Assembly: GCA_037310415.1 (NCBI GenBank)
Contig: CP147780.1
Span: 1,536,001-1,600,000, forward strand
Reading direction: 5' to 3'
Source: Candidatus Atabeyarchaeum deiterrae
GTDB taxonomy: Archaea; Asgardarchaeota; Atabeyarchaeia; Atabeyarchaeales; Atabeyarchaeaceae
Length of the DNA: 64,000 nt
Shown here: in pieces, positions 10,941 to 19,618 of the stretch
Layout of the letters: each line of letters starts with the position of its first letter
Position numbering within the stretch: position 1 is the first letter of the stretch
Program-made: the position numbers and the translations under genes
The notes under the pieces: model-generated
Database searches by the model: none
The model's input: the letters and a program-made list of their open reading frames with translations, nothing else
Told to the model about the DNA's origin: nothing

Positions 10941-12608
10941 ATGTCAAGAAGTTTTGGCTTCTTTCTAGTTCTTGGAATTGTCATCTTTGTCTCAGGTTTC
11001 CTTCCCCTAGTTGCAGTGAACTATCAGTATCCGACGCAGACATTCACAACAAGTACGACGGATGGCGTACAGATCACATATGATGTGACAATGAATCCGA
11101 GTGGCCAAAAAACTGCTCCTTTGGCAATACTAATACATGGTTTCTCCGGAAATCGAGTAATGATGAGGATGTTGGCATTCGCTCTCGCCGACAGAGGCTT
11201 CGTGTGCGCATCGTTGGACCTCAGAGGGCATGGGTCCAGCGAAGGAATGATGGGTAATTCCTCCTACTTCAACAATGATGTTAAGGCGGTCATTCAATCT
11301 CTTCAAAGCAAAGGGATAGGCGACACTTCAAGGATAGTGTTGGTTGGACACAGCATGGGCGGTGGGGTAGCGCTAAGACTTGGATCGCAATTGCCATCGG
11401 TAGTTGCAACGGTTGGCGTAGCACCTGTTTCCTCACCAGACTGGGTTAACACAACATACCCGAAGAATCTGCTCTTAGTAATATCAACCGGGGACACGTT
11501 GATAGATGCCAATACGGTTGAGCAGACGTTCTACAAGTCGATGGGCGCGACTGGTCTTCCGAACCAACTATACACAATAGACAGCACAACAAGAGAACTG
11601 TATATTGTCCAAGGTCCCAGCCACTTTGATATACTTTACAACGCTATCGCGATAAACCAGATAGTAGGCTGGGTGACCAACGCCGTCTTCGGAGCAGGGC
11701 AGTTGTCAAGAATTAGTCCCGACGTGATCAACATTGAGGTGTACGTTTCACTATTGGGCGGCATAACGATGATCATATTTGCAGTTGCAATGATGGGCAA
11801 TAGGCTGTCCCAAGAATTTTCCCCAAAAACACATAAGAAAAGTGACCTGAAGAACTTGGCGAAAACGGGAGTCAAAGCGATCTTGGTCGCTGGATCTTTA
11901 GGATCACTTGTCACGATGGCAGTGGCAATCGTGTTGATGTTGGTCGTTCCTCTGTTCTTGGCGGATTTCGTGGCGGCAGCATTCCTTGGAAACGCAATCA
12001 TCATTGGGTACGTAGCGAGAAGAACGCTGAAACACGGCAAGAAAGACTTTTCATACTTCAGGTTTATCAAAGAATCAATTAGGTCGCCATCACTCAAAAT
12101 CGATGCAGTTTTGGGAATAGCTGAGGCCACATTATTCTTAGTCGTGATCGATCTGACAATGGGGGTTCATGCCACATCGACATTCTCAACAGCATCAATA
12201 AGACTGCTTCTGCTACCTCTGTTCACATTGATCTATGCCTTCGTTTTTGTATTCTATGAATCCTTCTTCAAAGGCGTAGCAAGACCAATGATGGGAGACG
12301 GAGCAAAACGTATGCTTTACTCAGTCATATATGAACTCGTGGTGGTCTTTTCTGCCCTGTTACTAGAGATTCTGATCACGGCAACGCTTCTGGGCCCATT
12401 CATGGGAATGGGAAGCTTGACGTCCTTCATTGGTTTGGGAATAAACCTGATACTCATACCTTTGAGCATAGCCGTAGTGTCGGGTGAATTCTTCTACGAG
12501 AGAACAGGAGGATGGATCGCTCAGATAATCATAGGTGCAACGGTCTTCGCCACTATGTCTATAGTCTTCTCTCCGGTGCTCAATTTCTTCCAAGCCTCTA
12601 TGGGATAG
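10941..12608 (+). CDS. Membrane-anchored alpha/beta hydrolase with C-terminal multi-TM domain
   Basis: N-terminal TM, HGFSG oxyanion region, DLRGHG, nucleophile GHSMGG, then about 7-8 TM helices. Confidence 0.88.
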   Translation: MSRSFGFFLVLGIVIFVSGFLPLVAVNYQYPTQTFTTSTTDGVQITYDVTMNPSGQKTAPLAILIHGFSGNRVMMRMLAFALADRGFVCASLDLRGHGSSEGMMGNSSYFNNDVKAVIQSLQSKGIGDTSRIVLVGHSMGGGVALRLGSQLPSVVATVGVAPVSSPDWVNTTYPKNLLLVISTGDTLIDANTVEQTFYKSMGATGLPNQLYTIDSTTRELYIVQGPSHFDILYNAIAINQIVGWVTNAVFGAGQLSRISPDVINIEVYVSLLGGITMIIFAVAMMGNRLSQEFSPKTHKKSDLKNLAKTGVKAILVAGSLGSLVTMAVAIVLMLVVPLFLADFVAAAFLGNAIIIGYVARRTLKHGKKDFSYFRFIKESIRSPSLKIDAVLGIAEATLFLVVIDLTMGVHATSTFSTASIRLLLLPLFTLIYAFVFVFYESFFKGVARPMMGDGAKRMLYSVIYELVVVFSALLLEILITATLLGPFMGMGSLTSFIGLGINLILIPLSIAVVSGEFFYERTGGWIAQIIIGATVFATMSIVFSPVLNFFQASMG

Positions 12609-12625
12609 GATCTGCTGTCAAATCC

Positions 12626-13885
12626 TCACTTCTTCTTTGGTCTCGATGTCAGTTGTTCCACGTCTTCCACGAATTGTACAGATAACCTTACCATGTCACA
12701 CAAGTTCTCTTTGCTCAGTCTTTCAGGGGTATCTTCTCGGTTGTGCCACACCACAGGGAAACCATCCTTAGCTAACCCGATGACTGAGGTAGCTTTGAGC
12801 CCTTTCCTTGAATAGAACGCCGAATCGGTTCCGCCCATCGAGAAAGGCTCTATCTTCACTGGATACTTGAGGTGAAGCTTCGCAGCTGAGTCTTGAAGCA
12901 TCTTGCAGATCTCGGGTGAGTGTTTGGTGGTATACATCTTCTCCTCGCTCACGATCACGAATCTGCCAACGCCAGCAGTGTCGAAGTTCACCGTATAGGT
13001 GTTCTTTTTCTCGAGTTCCCTATAGTGTCTGTCAGCAAATCTCTTTGAACCTCTCATACATTCTTCACAACCGTGCGAGATCACCCACACATCCACGTTC
13101 TTTGGTCTGTTCCTCGAGAAATACTGAGCAACTCCTAGGGTTACGGCAACTCCCGAGAGGTTGTCATTTGCTCCCAGTGTTTGAGTGCCGGATTTCAAGC
13201 CGTACCTTAAGAGAATAGTCAGAATCGCTCCCAAAGCTGGCACAATGATGAGCAAATCGAAAATCTTGTATCCTAGGAACGTCCAGTTCATGTAGAACAA
13301 GCCGAAGTATACGCCCAAGATTCTGGCAACGTATATTACAAGTATGAGTGCTACTGTCGCGATGATTATTGTCACGAACTTAGGTGACTTACTTCTCCAC
13401 TTTATCGGGATGGGGAACTCTACAGGGCTATCGTGGTGCGCGCCTATAATGACTGTTGCATTCGCCTTGCCTTTGGCCTTTATCTTCCCGTAGATGTTTG
13501 CGGATGTTCTCTTTCTGAAAAGAAGGTCAACGAATTCTCTAAGGTGACCCATCTCAAGCAAGTAGCAACCCACCGCAAGAATAGTGAGTATTAGTGAAAT
13601 CAACGGGAAAAACAGGTAGAGTACGGTAGAGGCGACCTGCAATATTGGTATAATATTGAGGATTCCGAGGAATCCACCTGGTCTGCAAGTGAAGGACTCA
13701 TCCCTTGTTTCGTCGCAGAACCTCTTGTACTCGTTTTTGACCATTTCCCCCGCTTTGCGCTCATTTTCGCTTGTCCCAGGTCTTGGACCAATCTCACTAC
13801 AAACGCGGTTTATGAAACCGCACATGTAATCAACATATGTCTTCTTATCAAGTTGCATGTGATCAACCCTTCTCAGGTGTTCCAT
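12626..13885 (-). CDS. M28 family membrane peptidase
   Basis: IGPRPGTS.NE, GAHHDS, GANDNLSG, GCEE, NFD, GGTD, WH..EDT with inserted TM helices. Confidence 0.9.
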   Translation of the reverse strand: MEHLRRVDHMQLDKKTYVDYMCGFINRVCSEIGPRPGTSENERKAGEMVKNEYKRFCDETRDESFTCRPGGFLGILNIIPILQVASTVLYLFFPLISLILTILAVGCYLLEMGHLREFVDLLFRKRTSANIYGKIKAKGKANATVIIGAHHDSPVEFPIPIKWRSKSPKFVTIIIATVALILVIYVARILGVYFGLFYMNWTFLGYKIFDLLIIVPALGAILTILLRYGLKSGTQTLGANDNLSGVAVTLGVAQYFSRNRPKNVDVWVISHGCEECMRGSKRFADRHYRELEKKNTYTVNFDTAGVGRFVIVSEEKMYTTKHSPEICKMLQDSAAKLHLKYPVKIEPFSMGGTDSAFYSRKGLKATSVIGLAKDGFPVVWHNREDTPERLSKENLCDMVRLSVQFVEDVEQLTSRPKKK

Positions 13886-14328
13886 CAGCCACTTGCGTAT
13901 TTCTGAAGCTTCTTCAAGGCATCAAGCCACACCCTGTCAAACCATTCTCTCGCTTCTTCCCAATCTGCCGCATCTCTCCACCCCGTATGCAGCAAATGCA
14001 CTTCTGTGTGATCTCCTTCAGGGAGGAAGAAGACCGCCACACTCGTAAGCGGTCTAGCTTCGTTCATGAAGTGTTTGAACTGTTTTGGTCCCTTCCACTC
14101 GAAAGAGAGTAACTTGCCAGACTGAATAGCAAGCACCTTGCATCCAATAGTACTGTCGTTTTGCTTGTCTCTTGGGTTCCAGAAGAGTTCGTATTTGCCG
14201 CCCACCCTCGGTTCTATGTCAGCCAATTCAGTTAGCCACTGCTCAAGGTGCTCTTTGAGAGTGAACATCTCGAAAGCTCTCGGTGGTTCGCATCTCAGAC
14301 TCATTGAATGATAGATGATCTTGTCCAT
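13885..14328 (-). CDS. SRPBCC / AHSA1-like ligand-binding domain protein
   Basis: IEPRVGGKYEL, LSFEW, TEVHLLHTGW, W..AL..L. Confidence 0.88.
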   Translation of the reverse strand: MDKIIYHSMSLRCEPPRAFEMFTLKEHLEQWLTELADIEPRVGGKYELFWNPRDKQNDSTIGCKVLAIQSGKLLSFEWKGPKQFKHFMNEARPLTSVAVFFLPEGDHTEVHLLHTGWRDAADWEEAREWFDRVWLDALKKLQKYASG

Positions 14329-14397
14329 ATCCGTGTCAACTCATGGGGAATTGATTTCATTTCCTTTTTCTTCCTTCTATTTTGTCCGCGACGTTCA

Positions 14398-14769
14398 TTA
14401 TGGTTTTTCTTCCAGCTTCAACGCCAGTTTCGTCGACTCGTCGACGGATTTGCATGCCTTGAGAGCCAGAATCAGCTCGAGAAGCTTTGGTAAGTTCACC
14501 CCACTCACGACGGCGACTCCACCCTTTTTTGTCAGTAAGGCATTCATTCCAGCGTTTGTCGTCATTGGGCGAAACAAGTCAGTCAATATCAAGAAACCTT
14601 TGGCTCCGCCTTTTTTCATTTGATCCATATTCTTTCTGATGTCATTGAGCAGTGTCTCCGGGCTCTCTTCTTCGACCAATACGGCGGGAGCGATTATGCT
14701 GGTCGCCGGCGTTATATCGGTGTAGCTCACTTCGACTTCAATGAACCCCATTGACAAAACCCCTAACAA
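14398..14769 (-). CDS. PTS EIIA mannose/fructose-family-like protein (degenerate)
   Basis: GFLILTDLF and AVVSGVNLPKLLE match EIIA-Man motifs (GVLILTDLFGG; VISGVNLPMLLE); N-terminal phospho-His motif absent; start may be the internal ATG (MGFIEV). Confidence 0.6.
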   Translation of the reverse strand: MLGVLSMGFIEVEVSYTDITPATSIIAPAVLVEEESPETLLNDIRKNMDQMKKGGAKGFLILTDLFRPMTTNAGMNALLTKKGGVAVVSGVNLPKLLELILALKACKSVDESTKLALKLEEKP

Positions 14770-14868
14770 CTCTCGAATTCAATGCAAAATTAAGATGGCA
14801 GAACGCATCGCCGTGAGAAGAGAGATATCCATCATAAGGGAACTCACTTACCATCCCCAACCTTCTTT

Positions 14869-15693
14869 TCAATTAGACCTTGGAAATCTTGCGAAAGCAA
14901 TTTTAAACTCTGACGCTATTTCCCGGGAAATCTCCAAACTATTAAACGTCTTACTCGCCCAATCCCTGAGTTCTTGGATTATCTCGCGATGGGCTTCATC
15001 GGGAACACTCCATGTTCCAGAATAAACCTTGTCGGCCAAGCCCCGGATTATAGAACTGATGGTCATGCGTCCGACCCAAGTGTGTTTCTCGGGTTCTTCA
15101 GGAGCATCATATTCTTTGCTTCGCAGATAGTCGAGAACCTCTTCAATGTTCTCAGCGCCCACTCTCGTGTAACTGTAACCGTGCCTGGCTCGTATCTCCT
15201 TGTATTCATTATTGATGTCGGCTGAGATACCCTTTCTTATGGACTCACCCACAGCCAGCAAACCGCAGTCCACGAGGATGCGCTGAGCTTCGCTTATGAG
15301 CGAATGCCAGCCCTGAATCAAATGCATTACCTGAAAACAGAGAGTCACATCAAAACAACTAGATTTGAACGGCGGATTCTGAGCGTCAGCAAGCACAGGT
15401 TGAACCCTGGAACGCCAATCCGGTCGAATCTTCGAGAGCAACACATGTAGCATTTCCCTGCTAATATCAACTCCGATGACTCTGCACCCTCTGATCGCAA
15501 GAGGTATGGAAAAGCGTCCTGTCCCCGCTCCCATGTCGGCGACGAGCATGCCTTCCTTGTCACCCGCTTCGGCGCATATTTCGCGTGAGATCTCAATGCA
15601 TACTTCGTCCGCCATTCTTCGAGTCGCGTCATAGACTGGAGCTATCCGTTCAAAGGATATGTACGTTTTCGGACTAGGATCAGGGTCAACCAT
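14869..15693 (-). CDS. Class I SAM-dependent methyltransferase
   Basis: F..IA..YD..R, VADMGAGTGR, VIGVDIS..ML, ADAQ.PPF...FD. Confidence 0.92.
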   Translation of the reverse strand: MVDPDPSPKTYISFERIAPVYDATRRMADEVCIEISREICAEAGDKEGMLVADMGAGTGRFSIPLAIRGCRVIGVDISREMLHVLLSKIRPDWRSRVQPVLADAQNPPFKSSCFDVTLCFQVMHLIQGWHSLISEAQRILVDCGLLAVGESIRKGISADINNEYKEIRARHGYSYTRVGAENIEEVLDYLRSKEYDAPEEPEKHTWVGRMTISSIIRGLADKVYSGTWSVPDEAHREIIQELRDWASKTFNSLEISREIASEFKIAFARFPRSN

Positions 15694-15858
15694 AAGGTCT
15701 CAACCTCTCTTACCGACAAGTTGAGTATCACTATTTCTGAGATATATTGATGATCCTATTCTAGTTGACTAATGCTTCGTCAATCAGCTAGGATTGAACT
15801 CAGAATTGAATGGCGCACCCCTTCAAGGAAATATGAAGAAACGATTCTCCCCCATCTA

Positions 15859-16698
15859 TCATAAGAGCTCTGAGGCTCTCTGCATGAGCTTGTTTATCTC
15901 TTCTTGACTCAAATTGCTCTCAATGATCCTTAGCTTTTTGTCTTCGACCGTAAATGCAGATCTCTTTTCTTGTTCTGCCTCTGAAACTGCAGGTTTAGTG
16001 ACTTGGTAGACTTTGTCTTCTCCTTTGGCGATGATCTCAACGCTCGCCTTGCCTCCAAGTAGCTCCAATAGCGCAAGCACATGCGCTGCCGCTACTTTCT
16101 CATCTTCACGGCTCTTGAATCTCACACGCATAGTCTCGCGCTCAGCAAGTATCTCAGATGCCCTTCCGAACCTGTCCTCAAGCGCTTTTGACACCTCCTC
16201 GAACTGCGCAGGCGGTCTTGTAATCGATTTGCCTAGCTCTCTCTTTGCCTCTGGGATCTTGGCACCAACTCTGGCAAGTACACCTCCTTCGGCGATCTCA
16301 GCCTTCTTCCTGAAGAGTGCCTTGAGGTCGCCAAACAGTTCTTTGGCCTTGGTATCCTTCGCCATATCAGCTTGATTGACTTCAATCAATTCCAGTCTCT
16401 TTGCTCCTACTTTCCCTATGGGGTGGGGAACATTTTCAAGTCTGTAACCTTGAGATGAGACATCAGCGGCTTTCCTACGAGCGACAGCTTTGGTGATCCC
16501 GTCAACGCTTTCGCCAATCCACAAATACAGACGCTCGTCCGGCTCGTCTATAATCAACGCAGCGCTGTGCTCATCAAGGTTACTCAACGACCATTTAGCT
16601 GGAGCAACTTCTTTTTCGGAATTCACTTTCAACATCAAGAAATAGTAGTCATCCTTTGGTCTTTGAGAAAAACTCTTGCTATTATCCCCACTACTCAA
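15859..16698 (-). CDS. Gelsolin-like domain protein with C-terminal extension
   Basis: SLSNLDEHSAALIIDEPDERLYLWIGESVDGITKAVARRKAADV resembles the gelsolin-repeat core (L...D.FILD....IY.WIG......EK..A...A); likely TTG start 16698 after GGAGG (track start 16731). Confidence 0.7.
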   Translation of the reverse strand: MSSGDNSKSFSQRPKDDYYFLMLKVNSEKEVAPAKWSLSNLDEHSAALIIDEPDERLYLWIGESVDGITKAVARRKAADVSSQGYRLENVPHPIGKVGAKRLELIEVNQADMAKDTKAKELFGDLKALFRKKAEIAEGGVLARVGAKIPEAKRELGKSITRPPAQFEEVSKALEDRFGRASEILAERETMRVRFKSREDEKVAAAHVLALLELLGGKASVEIIAKGEDKVYQVTKPAVSEAEQEKRSAFTVEDKKLRIIESNLSQEEINKLMQRASELL

Positions 16699-17356
16699 AT
16701 GCAGAACCTCCCACACAACAATGATATGCAAATCGGTTCATCGCATCACTGAGTACGCTAGTATCTGTGTTTACTCATCTTAATAACTCCTTTCATCCAG
16801 ATCTTAGGAATCGAGTTCAGCCTCAAAAACATTCAAAGTTCTGGGGTTGCTCGATCATCCATGGGTGAGACCGCTCGGGGATGCAATGGTTCACAAAATG
16901 CCCAAATGTGGAACTGAAATCGAAGTTGGGAAACCGGTTGCGGAATCAGCACTAGGGGTTTGCCAAGACTGTGTGTTACGCTTTGTTAGTATATTCCGCT
17001 GGCGGCGGTTACAAGTTCATGTGGAACTGTAGGTCCTCCAGAATCCCCTTTTTTCATTTTTCAATGGTTTCAAATGCGATGCTGGAATTGGGTCTAGGTT
17101 CCTATATAAACCGACAGAGTGATTTATTTTCTAATCGAACGTTGTTTATCACTGATAGAACTAAGACAATACTGACATTCGTGTATGACATCCTGCAGCT
17201 GCTTGGCATTGAATGTGGAGGCAGGTTCACCTGATTAGGTCTGTGCGCACTGCGAGGCTCCCCTTATTCGGAATAAATGGAACGAACTAAGTGAGATACA
17301 AACAATTGGTGGCATAATGCAAGCCTGTGCCAATATAGAGGAGGGTTAAGAAGTCA

Positions 17357-18232
17357 ACGAAGATATACATCGTGTACACTGGTGAGTTCGGGGAGCGCGT
17401 CATCGGGAACTTAGTGAATGACAGATCCTTCTGCAAGGTTTGTGGCGCATCGTGCACCGACTGCAGATGGAAACCTAATTGGAGCTACGTCAAAATGATT
17501 GCTGGCTTGGCAACTATCCCAGACAACCTGCCGGTTGTGGTAGATGACCCTGAGAAATACATTCCCGAGAATCCAGTCAAGAGTGACCTGATCATTTCTA
17601 TTGGAATCCATCCAGATGTCGCTTCAGCATTACCACTGCTTGCGAAGCGGACTGAAGCAAAGGCCGTCATAATTCCAATCGAAGATCCGAAATGGATGAG
17701 CCGAGGACTTCAAGGCGAAATTGAAAACCAGTTATCAGCGATGGGAGTTGAGAGTGCTTTCCCAAAACCTTTTTGCTCCTTGGAGAAACTTGGGACTCCA
17801 GTGATAGATTCATTCGTCTCAGAACTCAGGATTGGGAGACCTTTAATGCGAGTCGCACTGAAGGGAGCGCGAATAATGGAAGCAGAGGTGCTAAGATCTG
17901 CTCCCTGTGGAAGCACATGGTACATTGCGGAGCAAATCAAGAACCATCCCCTGAAGGGGTTGGAGGAAAGGATAGCACTGTCTCATCATTCTTATCCATG
18001 CACGGCGAGCATGGAGAACGATCCCGTGCTAAAGGAGAAAATACTCCACAAAGCAGGATACATGGCTCGGGAAGCGGTTAAGAAAGCGATTGATGAGTTC
18101 GTCGTGTCACATCCGGAATATGAATCTGAGCTGATCCAAACAATACTCCAGGCAAAGAAAGAGACCCAGATAGCGAGCCCTGCGATTACTTCACCGCAAA
18201 TCGAGAAAGAGGTGGAGGAGGGAATGCTCTGA
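17357..18232 (+). CDS. DUF166 family protein
   Basis: GEFGERVIGNL, DLIISIGIHPD, FPKPFCSL, VLRSAPCGST, HHSYPCTASM, LHKAG; first canonical start is GTG 17372 but the frame is open upstream (see finding). Confidence 0.8.
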   Translation, partial: TKIYIVYTGEFGERVIGNLVNDRSFCKVCGASCTDCRWKPNWSYVKMIAGLATIPDNLPVVVDDPEKYIPENPVKSDLIISIGIHPDVASALPLLAKRTEAKAVIIPIEDPKWMSRGLQGEIENQLSAMGVESAFPKPFCSLEKLGTPVIDSFVSELRIGRPLMRVALKGARIMEAEVLRSAPCGSTWYIAEQIKNHPLKGLEERIALSHHSYPCTASMENDPVLKEKILHKAGYMAREAVKKAIDEFVVSHPEYESELIQTILQAKKETQIASPAITSPQIEKEVEEGML

Positions 18233-18234
18233 AC

Positions 18235-18486
18235 ATGCCACCCAAAGTGATTCCTGAGAAATGTAGGGGTTGCAATGACTGCGTAATCGTGTGCCCGAAC
18301 AGGATAATCAAGATCACAAATGGAAAGGCAAGAATAGTTGAGCCTGAAGCATGCATCGAATGCGCTGACTGCATAGACAACTGCGGATGCGGTGGCATCG
18401 AAGGCTCGAGGGACAGACATGAAGGCTACTTGAAAATCATTCAACTGAACTCAAGGCGCATGTCGCTGGTGGCCAAGGAATCGTAG
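18235..18486 (+). CDS. 2x[4Fe-4S] ferredoxin
   Basis: CRGCNDCVIVCP and CIECADCIDNC; starts 2 nt after the DUF166 stop. Confidence 0.9.
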   Translation: MPPKVIPEKCRGCNDCVIVCPNRIIKITNGKARIVEPEACIECADCIDNCGCGGIEGSRDRHEGYLKIIQLNSRRMSLVAKES

Positions 18487-18540
18487 TTCTTCTCTTTCTA
18501 TCTAAACTCTGCAATGTCGTTGCTTTTCGCGAGGTCCGCT

Positions 18541-18906
18541 CTAAAACTTGATCTTCACTAAGCCATAAGTGAGAATTGTAATCTGGAGGATGTCGAACAA
18601 TAATGTGAAGTATGCGCCGGAAATGGCAAGCAAGATCCCGCCGACACTGAGTATGAGTCCTGCTATACTTACTAATAGTCCAAATTTGAAACTCCATTTT
18701 CGCAGTTTGAGCAGCCCGTAAATAACGGCTATCCAAATCGGAAAGAATGGGATGATCGCTGCTTCTATGAGAAGGTTCGGAGGAACCATCAGAATGCTCT
18801 CGTACAGTATTAGAGCGTGGATGAAGAAGTTCACCATGATTGCAGAGATTGCACCTGGTACTGTACTCATACCTTTTGAGCTCATAACCATTTCACACCT
18901 AGTCAA
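18541..18906 (-). CDS. Small 4-TM membrane protein
   Basis: Hydrophobic ORF with YGLLKLRKWS loop. Confidence 0.65.
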   Translation of the reverse strand: MTRCEMVMSSKGMSTVPGAISAIMVNFFIHALILYESILMVPPNLLIEAAIIPFFPIWIAVIYGLLKLRKWSFKFGLLVSIAGLILSVGGILLAISGAYFTLLFDILQITILTYGLVKIKF

Positions 18907-19021
18907 GAGTGTCCTGCTTTCCTTTCATATATAGTTATTCACTACTCCTGTTATGAGTGGTCGCAATGCAAAGGGCTATTAGGAGTCGGTCGGTTGCGAA
19001 TCTCCCATTGTGACCAACAAG

Positions 19022-19042
19022 GAAAAAAGCGTTTATTAGCAA
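19022..19042 (+). promoter_or_regulatory. Putative BRE-TATA promoter of the Roadblock gene
   Basis: GAAAAAAGCG-TTTATTAGCAA about 90 nt upstream of the gene; same TTTATTAGCAA occurs upstream of alba (26384-26394). Confidence 0.45.
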
Positions 19043-19123
19043 GTACTACCAATAGAGTCCATCTGCATAAGACATCATACTCGAGATTGAGAAGTAGAAT
19101 CAGTTGGAAAACACGCTTACCAG

Positions 19124-19555
19124 GTGAATAGATTGAGCAAAGAAGCAGCCTTGCTAGACTTTAGACAAATCCAAGACATATTGGCGTCCCTTCCCAACGA
19201 TTGTCCTGGGATCTCAGGTAGTGCAGCTCTGACAAGGGATGGTTTACCAATAGCATCAGCCGTGCTTCCAGATGGCGTTGATGAGACTATTATTGCCGCA
19301 ATTTCTGCCTCAATACTTACGAGTGGGAGACTGGCGGCAAACGAACTCAAGCACGAAGGCGGAGCGAAACGGGTGCTAGTAGAGACAGGAAATGGTATCA
19401 TAGTTGTTGAAGGAATTCCAGATGCTCAGGCAGTGCTGACTGTGACCGCGCATAAAGACACAAAACTCGGCTTGATTTTCTTGGCAATGGATAAAGCCAT
19501 TAGGAAACTCAGAGCAGAGCTAACGAAGTTTATGGGTGAAATGGCGAAAATCTAG
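19124..19555 (+). CDS. Roadblock/LC7 (MglB-like) protein
   Basis: GSAALTRDGLPIASA...DETIIAAISASIL..G...EL....KRVLVE...G......LGLIF; start may be TTG 19133. Confidence 0.93.
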   Translation: MNRLSKEAALLDFRQIQDILASLPNDCPGISGSAALTRDGLPIASAVLPDGVDETIIAAISASILTSGRLAANELKHEGGAKRVLVETGNGIIVVEGIPDAQAVLTVTAHKDTKLGLIFLAMDKAIRKLRAELTKFMGEMAKI

Positions 19556-19618
19556 CCGAAGATCAAGATTGGTTCTTGCTTATCGGACTGTTTGCTCTTT
19601 CGCGCTCGATAAGGTTGG

